From assembly GCA_026709505.1 (NCBI GenBank), contig JAPOSW010000123.1:34703-98702 (forward strand): DNA of 64,000 bases. The letters are read 5' to 3'. This DNA is from Gammaproteobacteria bacterium. Its GTDB lineage: Bacteria; Pseudomonadota; Gammaproteobacteria; Arenicellales; Poriferihabitantaceae. Below, in pieces: positions 26,646 to 35,671 of this stretch (the stretch's first letter is position 1; every line of letters starts with the position of its first letter). The notes beneath the pieces were generated by a model. The model searched no databases. It saw only the letters and a list, made by a program, of their open reading frames with translations, and had not been told where the DNA came from. The position numbers and the translations under genes are program-made.

Positions 26646-29219
26646 ATGAAGAAATCCCCAAAAGACAGGCCAATTAAATCATACGATCACAAAACCGCAA
26701 AACGGGCTAACAATCCTCCTGTAGGATTGGTGACTCCAGCCACTGATCCTGACGTGGTAGTAAGGCAGAGCTACGAATATGATCCACATATAGATCCCTG
26801 TTTTCAGTGGGCTGGCAAGACTGAACGCAGCTCATTTGAAGTGCCCATTCAGTCGCTGCATGTTCATGAACGTATCGACCCACGCACCATAATTGAAGCG
26901 GTTAGAAAACGGGGAAGTGATGATGGACAGACATCGTTGTTTGACAACGTGCGCAATGCTCCACTACGTGATGAAATAGAGTTCTATCAGCATGCACATG
27001 ACTGGAGCAATCGACTCATTGCTGGCGATTCACTACTCGTCATGAATTCGCTTTTGCAAAAGGAAAACATGGCAGGTCAAGTGCAATGCGTGTTCATGGA
27101 CCCACCCTATGGAATTAAATATGGTTCAAATTTCCAGCCTTTTGTAAACAAGCGAGAAGTTCGGGATGGCAAGGATGAAGATCTAGCTCCTGAACCAGAA
27201 ATGATTAAGGCTTTTCGGGATACTTGGGAACTAGGAATTCATTCGTACCTCTCTTATTTGAGGGATCGGCTACTGTTAGCAAAAGAATTGTTGAATAAGA
27301 GAGGAAGTGTGTTTGTTCAGATAGGTGATGAGAATGTGCATCGAGTAAGTCTTATCATGGATGAGATTTTTGGTGCAGAAAATCGCATGTCAACCATCTC
27401 CTTTGCTACCACCAGCGGCAGCTCAAGTAAGCATCTGCCTTCTGTGGCCGACTATTTGCTCTGGTATGCCAGGGACAAGCGACAGGCGAAGTATCGACAG
27501 TTGTATGAGACTTTAAGCCGGGCAGAGGTTATCGACTACTTCAATTGGGATGTGGCTGTAGAGTTGCCGGATGGAAACAGCCGAAAAGTAACGGCTGACG
27601 AACGAGTTAATCCCGACAAGTTTCTCCCAGAAGGTGCTCGCATATACCGACGTGTTGGACTGGATTCGCAGGGAGTCTCAACAACTGGTCGTTCAGACCC
27701 GTATGAGTGGAATGGAAGAATTTTCCATTGCTTGAAAACCCGGCAATGGTCCATATCCAAAGAGGGCATGGACCGACTGGCCGAGTTGAACAGGCTGGAA
27801 GCGCTTGAAGGCCAGAATTCCCTGATGTGGAAGAAATACGAAGATGAAGTACCAGGCCGCCGCATCCATAATGTCTGGCCTGCACAGATGTATCCCAGCG
27901 AAAAAAGGTATGTTGTTGAGACTAGTGTAAAGGCGATTCAGCGGTGTATTTTAATGAGTACAGATCCAGGTGACTTGGTGTTTGATCCAACTTGCGGTAG
28001 TGGGACAACCGCATTTGTTGCAGAACAATGGGGGAGACGTTGGATGACATGTGATACATCCAGAGTTGCATTGACTCTGGCACGGCAACGTTTGATGACT
28101 GCTACATTTGACTATTACAAACTTGCATGGCCAGATGAGGGTGTAGGCAGCGGTTTCAAATATAAATCTGTGTCAAAAGTATCGCCAAGCACTCTAATCG
28201 ACGATAGTCCACCACCAAGTATATATTTGTATGACCAGCCCGAAAAAGATACGGCAAAAGCCCGGGTCACTGGGCCATTTACAATGGAGGCCGTACCGTC
28301 TCCAACCGTGAGAGCGATTGACGATGCAGGGTCGGAGAATTCATCAGTGGCGGATGGATCAGTGTCTCGTAGCGGTGAGACTTTGCGCCAGAGTGAGTGG
28401 CGAAGTGAGTTGCTCAAGACGGGCATTCGCGGTAAAGGCGGACAACGCATTAAATTTTCTCGAGTAGAGTCTCTGCCCTTTCATTGGTTACATGCTGATG
28501 CAGAAACTCGATCAGTGCACACAGATGATGACTTTAATGACGAGTCATCATCAGAATTCCAGCCACAACGAGCAGTAGTAAGCTTTGGACCACAGCATGC
28601 ACCGTTGGAGCAAAGACAGGTTGAATTGGCGTTGCAAGAAGCGGCAAGTTTAAAACCTACACCGACAATGGTCATCTTTGCCGCACTTCAGTTCGACCCG
28701 GAAGCTGCAAAAGACATTGATGAAACGAAATGGGAAGGTGTAAGCCTGCTGAAAGTACAGATGAATACCGATCTGCACACAACAGATCTCAAGAAAAAAC
28801 GCGCCAGCAATGAGGGATTCTGGTTGGTTGGACAGCCTGATGTAAGCTTAACGCAGATTCGTCAAGGCAAGTTTTCAGGACAGTGGCAGGTACAAGTTCA
28901 GGGGTTTGATTATTTTAACACCCGGACTTGCGAGCTTGAATCAGGTGATGAAAAGCGCGTCGCCATGTGGATGTTGGACTCCGATTATGATGGCAGAAGT
29001 TTTTATCCTCGCCAGGTGTTTTTTCCTATGGCAAGCCAAAAGGACGGCTGGGCAAAATTAGCAAAAAACCTCAAGGCCGAGATTGATGAGGATCTGATTG
29101 AGGCCTATCACGGAGTTCAGTCACTCCCATTTGAATTGGGGAAATATGAACGTGTTGCAGTAAAGATTGTGGATGACCGTGGTATAGAGAGTCTAAAGAT
29201 TCTGCCTATTTATTCTTGA
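26646..29219 (+). CDS. mod: Type III-like beta-class DNA methyltransferase (Mod) with long C-terminal extension
   Basis: 857 aa. Motif IV DPPY (FMDPPYG, nt 27099-27110) precedes motif I FDPTCGSGTT (~residue 446), which is the beta-class order. About 400 aa follow motif I. Confidence 0.85.
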   Translation: MKKSPKDRPIKSYDHKTAKRANNPPVGLVTPATDPDVVVRQSYEYDPHIDPCFQWAGKTERSSFEVPIQSLHVHERIDPRTIIEAVRKRGSDDGQTSLFDNVRNAPLRDEIEFYQHAHDWSNRLIAGDSLLVMNSLLQKENMAGQVQCVFMDPPYGIKYGSNFQPFVNKREVRDGKDEDLAPEPEMIKAFRDTWELGIHSYLSYLRDRLLLAKELLNKRGSVFVQIGDENVHRVSLIMDEIFGAENRMSTISFATTSGSSSKHLPSVADYLLWYARDKRQAKYRQLYETLSRAEVIDYFNWDVAVELPDGNSRKVTADERVNPDKFLPEGARIYRRVGLDSQGVSTTGRSDPYEWNGRIFHCLKTRQWSISKEGMDRLAELNRLEALEGQNSLMWKKYEDEVPGRRIHNVWPAQMYPSEKRYVVETSVKAIQRCILMSTDPGDLVFDPTCGSGTTAFVAEQWGRRWMTCDTSRVALTLARQRLMTATFDYYKLAWPDEGVGSGFKYKSVSKVSPSTLIDDSPPPSIYLYDQPEKDTAKARVTGPFTMEAVPSPTVRAIDDAGSENSSVADGSVSRSGETLRQSEWRSELLKTGIRGKGGQRIKFSRVESLPFHWLHADAETRSVHTDDDFNDESSSEFQPQRAVVSFGPQHAPLEQRQVELALQEAASLKPTPTMVIFAALQFDPEAAKDIDETKWEGVSLLKVQMNTDLHTTDLKKKRASNEGFWLVGQPDVSLTQIRQGKFSGQWQVQVQGFDYFNTRTCELESGDEKRVAMWMLDSDYDGRSFYPRQVFFPMASQKDGWAKLAKNLKAEIDEDLIEAYHGVQSLPFELGKYERVAVKIVDDRGIESLKILPIYS

Positions 29220-29228
29220 TAAAAGATC

Positions 29229-30506
29229 ATGTTTAAAGAACTAGAAATTACAAACTTTAGGGGCTTCAAAGAGTGCATAACAGTGAAGTTCGCCCCGATC
29301 ACTGTACTTATAGGACGCAACAATGCTGGTAAGTCTTCTATCGTTAAGTTTTTGCTAATGCTCCAACAGTCATTAGGAACTGGAAAATCAGGATTTTTGG
29401 TTTCAAGAGGAGAAAGGACAGACCTAGGACCATTCCACAACCTAAAAAATACGCTATCCGGAGAAAAGACTCTGGCTTTTTCACTAACCATGGAAGATTT
29501 TACAAGTCCCAGAGATTCACTGTCTCTATACCTGCAAAAGAAAAACAAGACACTCTGGCCAAAGAATGGGGTATTTCAGACAGCAGCAGAGGTTTCTTAC
29601 AGTAAGAAAATTCCATTTCAGGGAAAGAAACACAGTTTTTGTCTCAAAATCGATGGCGAAGAAGTGACTGGCCGAACAGCTGGAATCAGTCAAAATTCTA
29701 ATTTTCTGGATTTTGCAGATGCTCAGAAATCAAAAATCGATTCTCATGCAGACAGTAGCGAAATTGCTGCAGAGAACGCATGTCTTGAAGTAATTGCGAA
29801 AAAACTTGTGACAATCAGACACATCAGCCCAGATAAGAAAAGTGTTCCGAGGTCGTTTGATACTGGTGAATTTACTCCTGAAACTGATGTTGGGCAAGAT
29901 GGAAGATTTGCGCTACATCATCTGTGGAATCTTCATGAAGATGGCGGTCAAAATGAGATGGATTTTGTGAGTCAATACATGGAAAAAGTTTTGGATGTCA
30001 CGGATATCAGGTTCACGGACCCAAAAGATGGCGATCTTTCTCAATGCATGGCCAACAATCAAAATACTAGGGCCAACAACAATTTAGCCGACTTTGGGCA
30101 TGGAGTAAGCCAATGTTTTCCAATCTTTGTGCAGGGAGCGTTAATGCCTCCTTATTCGACCCTAATTTGTGAACAGCCCGAGTCTCAAATCCATTCTAGT
30201 GCTCAACTGGAGTTGGGGCAATATTTTGCCGATTTATGGACCAATAGAAAAGTGGCCTCAATAATTGAGACGCATAGTGACAGCATTTTGCTAAGGCTTA
30301 GGCGATTGATTTCAACAGGTAAGTTGCAAGCATCTGATGTCAGTGTGGTCTATCTATCTGTTGATTCCATCGATAATGAACAGTCGGTTTCGGTTAGAAA
30401 CTTGGGTATTGAAAGTGACGGTTCCATGGAGGACGGTCTTCCAATGGAATTCTTTCATCCAAACATATGGGAACTCTTGGAAATGGTAGAAAGTAGTGAA
30501 GAATAG
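29229..30506 (+). CDS. ABC/SMC-type AAA ATPase (AAA_15/21 with DUF3696-like C-terminus)
   Basis: 425 aa. N-terminal LEITNFRGF and Walker A GRNNAGKSS (K35), signature-like FGHGVSQ, Walker B-like LICEQPESQIH and H-loop IETHSDSILLRLRRLI. Starts 9 nt after the mod stop. Confidence 0.8.
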   Translation: MFKELEITNFRGFKECITVKFAPITVLIGRNNAGKSSIVKFLLMLQQSLGTGKSGFLVSRGERTDLGPFHNLKNTLSGEKTLAFSLTMEDFTSPRDSLSLYLQKKNKTLWPKNGVFQTAAEVSYSKKIPFQGKKHSFCLKIDGEEVTGRTAGISQNSNFLDFADAQKSKIDSHADSSEIAAENACLEVIAKKLVTIRHISPDKKSVPRSFDTGEFTPETDVGQDGRFALHHLWNLHEDGGQNEMDFVSQYMEKVLDVTDIRFTDPKDGDLSQCMANNQNTRANNNLADFGHGVSQCFPIFVQGALMPPYSTLICEQPESQIHSSAQLELGQYFADLWTNRKVASIIETHSDSILLRLRRLISTGKLQASDVSVVYLSVDSIDNEQSVSVRNLGIESDGSMEDGLPMEFFHPNIWELLEMVESSEE

Positions 30507-31014
30507 TGCGACAATGGACGCAATTGCCATGGATACCAACGTTTTTGGACATCTCACGCATTATTCCGGAATTAACAAGAATCAGCACATAAACAAACTG
30601 CTTAAATATCTGATTAAGAGCCAGATCAGCCTGCTGGTTGATAAGGACAATAAGATTTTGAATGAATATAAACATCATCTGAATAAACCAACATTCAAAC
30701 GTAAATATGACAAGAGAGAAGAATCGTATTTCCTGCAGTATTTTATGGATCCAGCAAGGCACAAACCGGTTTTTGTGAACGAAACAGACGATTTATGGAA
30801 CGCAATCATCGCTATCGTAGATGATCCTAATGAAGTCGATCAAAGGTTGGTATATGTTGCTTTTTGTAAAGGCAAATTATTATTATCCAATGATAATGAA
30901 GATATAGTAAGTCAAAGAAGCTTGTTATTCGAGAAGACAAAAGGCAAACGTGAAAAAGGTAGTGACATTATGAACTCGCAGCAGGCATTCAATACGATAT
31001 TGAGTAATGACTGA
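30496..31014 (+). CDS. Small PIN-like protein (putative nuclease partner of the ATPase)
   Basis: 172 aa from GTG 30496 (11-nt overlap with the ATPase gene), or from ATG 30514. N-terminal AMDTNVFGHL resembles PIN strand 1 (hhDTNVh), and C-terminal KLLLSNDNEDI resembles the terminal PIN h-h-T/S-x-D motif. I recognise no other family. Confidence 0.45.
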   Translation: MKNSATMDAIAMDTNVFGHLTHYSGINKNQHINKLLKYLIKSQISLLVDKDNKILNEYKHHLNKPTFKRKYDKREESYFLQYFMDPARHKPVFVNETDDLWNAIIAIVDDPNEVDQRLVYVAFCKGKLLLSNDNEDIVSQRSLLFEKTKGKREKGSDIMNSQQAFNTILSND

Positions 31015-31260
31015 AACCAGTATGGGAAATGAGGCTCATCTAGCTGCTGCCGATTACTTAGTTGATCATCGGGCACCCACATAATCTTCACTTCGGCACC
31101 CAGTGATTGACCGGGGCTTCCGACCCAATCAGGATCCATTCCGGAACCTGAACGAATGCAAGGAATGGACAGGTGGATTCGAGGCGGTCCGTCAAATATT
31201 TCCTTTATCCCTATGAATCATATTACAATGCCTGGCATCAGTCGTATCCAATAGTTCATT

Positions 31261-33402
31261 ATGAGTTCTGCGGCGACAAAAATTTCAGCATACCCTGACT
31301 TGGACAATCCGAGCCTCTATCTCAATCGGGAACTGACCTGGCTTGAGTTCAATCGCAGGGTACTTTTTGAAGCAACGGATCAAGACAATCCCCTGCTTGA
31401 AAGACTCAAGTTCATCGCCATTTTTGCTTCCAACATGGATGAATTTTTCATGAAGCGGGTCGGCGGGCTCAAGCTTCAGGTTGCGGCTGACGTGTCTGAA
31501 TTGACCGATGACGGAAGGAGTCCCCTGCAGCAAATTCAGGAGTGCAGGCAACTGGTTGAGGAGTTGACCGATTTTCAGGAGTCTGCTTTCGAATCCATCT
31601 CCAGTGAACTCAAGGAGCACAGTATTGCAGTCATCAATTATCAGGATTTGCGGCAACCGGGACAAAACAAGCTGAGGCAGTATTATCTCGAGAATGTATT
31701 CCCGTTGATGACGCCGCAGATTTTTGACCCCGCACACCCCTTCCCTTTCATCTCCAACCTATCCTTGAATCTGGTGATTACGTTTCCGGCCGAATCTTCC
31801 GAAGAGAACGCCATTGCGAGGGTCAAGGTGCCGATCGGCACTGGCGTACCACGCTTCATCAAAGTGGATGATTATCGTTTTGTCCCGCTTGAGCAAATCA
31901 TCGCCAATAATCTTGACCTGCTGTTTCCTGGCGAAAGTCAATTCGAATATGACTTCTTTTTCGTTGCCCGCAATGCCAGCACGGAACGTCAGGAATCCGG
32001 GGCATCCGACCTGCTGTCAATGATTGAGTTGGAATTGCGGGACCGTAGAATCGCCCCCATTGTCCGGATGGTAGTCAACAGGGGAATGAATCCTGAACGC
32101 CAGAACATGCTCACTGAATTGCTGGGTCTAGATTCAGAACTGGACGTGTACGAAACCGAAGGCCTGCTGGCCCGAAGTGACCTGTTTGAACTCACCGGTC
32201 TGCCAATTGCAAACTTGCGCTATCCGCCGCATCAACCGGTTAATCATCATCGACTACAGGATAATCAGCGGAGCATCTTCAATCTCATCCGCGAAGAGGA
32301 AGCGATACTGATCCAGCATCCTTATGAATCATTTTCGGGGTCTGTGGTCAGATTTCTGGGTGAAGCGGCACGAGATGAATCAGTCAGGGCGATCAAAATG
32401 ACCTTGTACAGAACCGATCGCGAAACCCGTATTGTTGATCTTTTGATTGAAGCCGCGAATAATGGCAAGCAGGTTGCTGTTGTGGTCGAAATCAAGGCAA
32501 AGTTTGACGAAGCCAATAACATTACTTGGGCAGAACATCTCGAAGAGGCTGGCATTCACGTGACCTATGGCGTGGTCGGATTCAAAACCCACAGCAAGGT
32601 GCTCCTGGTCATACGCCGAGAAAAAAACCAGTTGCAGCGCTATGTTCACATTGGTACCGGGAATTATCATGGCGGAACCGCCAAGCTCTATACCGACCTT
32701 GGACTTCTGACCTGCGACAGGGAGATTGGCGAGGATGCTACCGAGCTTTTCAATTTCCTGACTACCGGTCATATCAAGAAGCGCCAGTTCAAGCATATTG
32801 TAATTGCGCCGATTGATCTGAAAAAAGAGCTTAGACGTCGGATTGCTGCTGAAATCGAGCACGTCAAAAACGGCAAAACCGGCCTTATACGAATGAAGAC
32901 CAATGCACTGGAAGACAAGGATGTGGTCAAGGACCTGTACAAGGCATCCATTGACGGCGTCAAGGTTGACCTTATCGTTCGGGACACCTGTCGACTGCGA
33001 CCAAAGGTTGCCAATTTATCCGAAAATATTACCGTGATCAGCGTTGTTGGTCGATTCCTGGAGCACAGCCGAATTTTCTACTTTCACAACAATGGCAGGC
33101 ACGAGTACTTCATCGGTTCTGCCGACATCATGAAGCGCAATCTGGAGAGCCGGGTTGAAGTAGTCACCCCCATTGAGAAAAAATCCCTAAAGGAATCACT
33201 GAAACTTATCCTCGACACTCTAATGAATGATCACGTCGACAGCTGGGAAATGTGTTCTGATGGAAGCTACGTCTCTCGCAAGAAAGACGACCCGAAGGCA
33301 GTGGGTTGCCAGCTTCAGCTGCTCGAATACTCACAGGCCCATGTCCGCAGCAAGCGCAGTAGAAATAAGAAACAGTTCAAGACGATCAGAAAAAGGAACT
33401 GA
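31261..33402 (+). CDS. ppk: Polyphosphate kinase 1
   Basis: 713 aa. N-terminal YLNRELTWLEFNRRVLFEA and the two PLD-like HKD regions (HSKVLLV, LEHSRIFYF) are typical of PPK1. Confidence 0.95.
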   Translation: MSSAATKISAYPDLDNPSLYLNRELTWLEFNRRVLFEATDQDNPLLERLKFIAIFASNMDEFFMKRVGGLKLQVAADVSELTDDGRSPLQQIQECRQLVEELTDFQESAFESISSELKEHSIAVINYQDLRQPGQNKLRQYYLENVFPLMTPQIFDPAHPFPFISNLSLNLVITFPAESSEENAIARVKVPIGTGVPRFIKVDDYRFVPLEQIIANNLDLLFPGESQFEYDFFFVARNASTERQESGASDLLSMIELELRDRRIAPIVRMVVNRGMNPERQNMLTELLGLDSELDVYETEGLLARSDLFELTGLPIANLRYPPHQPVNHHRLQDNQRSIFNLIREEEAILIQHPYESFSGSVVRFLGEAARDESVRAIKMTLYRTDRETRIVDLLIEAANNGKQVAVVVEIKAKFDEANNITWAEHLEEAGIHVTYGVVGFKTHSKVLLVIRREKNQLQRYVHIGTGNYHGGTAKLYTDLGLLTCDREIGEDATELFNFLTTGHIKKRQFKHIVIAPIDLKKELRRRIAAEIEHVKNGKTGLIRMKTNALEDKDVVKDLYKASIDGVKVDLIVRDTCRLRPKVANLSENITVISVVGRFLEHSRIFYFHNNGRHEYFIGSADIMKRNLESRVEVVTPIEKKSLKESLKLILDTLMNDHVDSWEMCSDGSYVSRKKDDPKAVGCQLQLLEYSQAHVRSKRSRNKKQFKTIRKRN

Positions 33403-33455
33403 ACTGTTCCGATCACTGGATTTCCTGGCAGCAATCGATGGCCTGATTGCCTGAA

Positions 33456-33734
33456 TCAGGTGATCGAGATTTTTCCTTCGAGCTGATTGACCGGTATGGC
33501 CTGGTTCTCAAGCATAATGGGAATTCCATCCCTGACCGGGTAGATCATGGTATTGTTCTGCGTAATCAGGGCTTGAGAGAATGGTGAGTCGACACGTTGC
33601 CCTGCCGCATTTTCCAAATTTCCCTCACTGATTATCTGATTGAGAATCTGGAGATTCGACTTCGACAGCAATCGAAGCGAGAGCTTGGTAACCGGGCAAA
33701 CCAGTATGCTGATCAATTCCCTGTTAATCGGCAT
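33456..33734 (-). CDS. Trm112-family small protein
   Basis: 92 aa with LVCPVTKLSL...YPVRDGIPIML pattern. Confidence 0.65.
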   Translation of the reverse strand: MPINRELISILVCPVTKLSLRLLSKSNLQILNQIISEGNLENAAGQRVDSPFSQALITQNNTMIYPVRDGIPIMLENQAIPVNQLEGKISIT

Positions 33735-33743
33735 GGCTTGTTG

Positions 33744-34565
33744 CTAAATCGTGCTTTTTCGAAATGGCTGGGTAATCAAGCGGTCCACCCTCGCTTCGCT
33801 GTCCTGATTGAAGATCTCAAGTCCAATTGGCATTGTCGTTTGGGGCTGTCCAGGCTGATTCAGGTAGCTCCCGAAAATCCGGTCCCAAATCGACAGAAAG
33901 AATCCATAATTCATGTTGTGTTCTCGCGGGTCGGTGGAGTGGTGTATGCGATGCATGTCCGGAGTCACGATTATCCAGCGAAGCATCCTGTCCACGACTG
34001 AGGGCATTTTGATATTGCCATGGTTGAACATGGCCGATCCATTCAGGATAATTTCAAAGGCTATTACCGCAAAGACCGGAGCTCCCAGAACAAGTATTGC
34101 AGCCGCCTTGATCAGGATGGAGATGAAAATCTCGATCGGGTGAAATCTGAGAGCAGTCGTGAAATCAAAAGCAGTATCGGTATGATGCATGCGATGGATG
34201 CGCCAGAATGGCTCGATCATGTGAAAAATGCGGTGTTGCCAGTAGATTAGCAAATCCAACGCCAGAATGCAGAGTATGACTTTCGGCCAGAATTCAAATT
34301 CAACCCAGTAAAAGAGTCCAAACTGATGCTGAATAGACAAAATGGCTGCGCCGACTGCAGTGATGGGAATGAGCGCTAGCATGCACGTATTGATCAGGAA
34401 AATGCCAAGATTGCCAGGCCAGCGAATTCGCTTTTTGCCAGGTACACGCCGAGGAAACAGCAACTCCCAAAGCACCATAATGACGGCAATCAAGGTGAAC
34501 GCCAATATTCTCAAGATATTTTCAATCGATAATGTTTCTAGCATAATCATGAATTTTACTGACAA
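33744..34565 (-). CDS. Fatty acid hydroxylase / sterol desaturase-family membrane protein
   Basis: 273 aa, multi-TM, with histidine boxes HRIFH, HRMHH and HRIHH. Confidence 0.8.
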   Translation of the reverse strand: MSVKFMIMLETLSIENILRILAFTLIAVIMVLWELLFPRRVPGKKRIRWPGNLGIFLINTCMLALIPITAVGAAILSIQHQFGLFYWVEFEFWPKVILCILALDLLIYWQHRIFHMIEPFWRIHRMHHTDTAFDFTTALRFHPIEIFISILIKAAAILVLGAPVFAVIAFEIILNGSAMFNHGNIKMPSVVDRMLRWIIVTPDMHRIHHSTDPREHNMNYGFFLSIWDRIFGSYLNQPGQPQTTMPIGLEIFNQDSEARVDRLITQPFRKSTI

Positions 34566-34602
34566 ATATAAGAAAATAGATCAGAATATATGAATAAAAG
34601 GT

Positions 34603-35592
34603 TCATGAATGCTGGAAGGCTTGCAGTATTGTAACCTGCCGAAGAGCAGATTCGACAACTTCCAGACCGGCATCCGAGACGGGGCCATCCTCGCACAGCA
34701 TTCTGCGCCAGTGACGCGCCCCCTTTTGACCATGATATATCCCCATGAGATGCCGCACCATTTTTTTCAGGGAAATGCCCTGCCTTAATTGCTCTTCAAT
34801 GTACTGCATGTAGGAACGTACAATCGCCTCTCGGCTGGCTGCCGGATTTTCAGAAGAGTTTTCAAAATAATAATCACTGAGTTCTTTCATGAACCAGGGA
34901 TTGCGATTAGCCTCCCTGCCGATCATGACGCCATCCAGTTTATCGAGGTGTGATGCAACCGCACTCAAGGTATGAATCCCGCCATTCACGATGATGCGCA
35001 GGTTCGGAAAATCTTCTTTTGCCCTATAGACCTTGCCATACTCAAGAGGAGGAATACTCCGGTTCTGACGCGGGCTGAGTCCTTTCAACCAGGCTTTCCG
35101 GGCATGAATAAAAAACGTATGGCAGCCTGCCTTGGAGGTTTTCATGATGAAATCGGCCAGAAAAGCATAATCATCGTGTTTGTCAATGCCAACTCGCGTC
35201 TTGATGGTGACCGGCAAATCGCAAGTGTTCTTGATTTCTTCTACACAGCTGGCAACCAACTCTGGTTCAGCCATCAAACATGCGCCAAAGCGGGCACTTT
35301 GCACACGATCGCTGGGGCATCCGATGTTCAGATTGACTTCATTATACCCCTGTTCCTGGGCTAGCCTCGAGCAATAAGCGAGTTCATTGGGATTACTGCC
35401 CCCAAACTGAATGCCGACAGGATGTTCAACCGGGTCAAAGTCGAGCGCATCAAGCCTTGAACCATGAATGATCGAACCGGTTGAGATCATTTCAGTATAC
35501 AATTGCAATCTCGGAAAAATATGGCGCATCAAAACCCTGAAATGCCGATCTGTAATCGACATCATTGGGGCCAAGGCGAATATCTTTTCCAT
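34603..35592 (-). CDS. dusA: tRNA-dihydrouridine(20/20a) synthase DusA
   Basis: 329 aa. N-terminal APMMSITDRHFR and a Dus TIM-barrel pattern typical of DusA. Confidence 0.9.
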   Translation of the reverse strand: MEKIFALAPMMSITDRHFRVLMRHIFPRLQLYTEMISTGSIIHGSRLDALDFDPVEHPVGIQFGGSNPNELAYCSRLAQEQGYNEVNLNIGCPSDRVQSARFGACLMAEPELVASCVEEIKNTCDLPVTIKTRVGIDKHDDYAFLADFIMKTSKAGCHTFFIHARKAWLKGLSPRQNRSIPPLEYGKVYRAKEDFPNLRIIVNGGIHTLSAVASHLDKLDGVMIGREANRNPWFMKELSDYYFENSSENPAASREAIVRSYMQYIEEQLRQGISLKKMVRHLMGIYHGQKGARHWRRMLCEDGPVSDAGLEVVESALRQVTILQAFQHS

Positions 35593-35671
35593 GGTCTCGG
35601 TTCATTAAGCTAGCAAATGGTATTGTATCAAACCTGTTGTCCTGCACATTCAATTCATCACCCCGGAAGTT

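Noticed and set aside
30912-31260. 75-aa minus-strand ORF 30912..31139 and the 246-nt spacer before ppk, considered as a possible island-boundary gene remnant.
   Set aside because: The ORF overlaps the 3' end of the PIN-like gene and has no recognisable motif. I cannot distinguish a remnant from noise.
34603-35671. dusA 5' end as a known integration hotspot for integrative elements.
   Set aside because: dusA appears intact. The upstream neighbour is the divergent gshA, with only an ~80-nt gap, and no integrase or att-like repeat is present.
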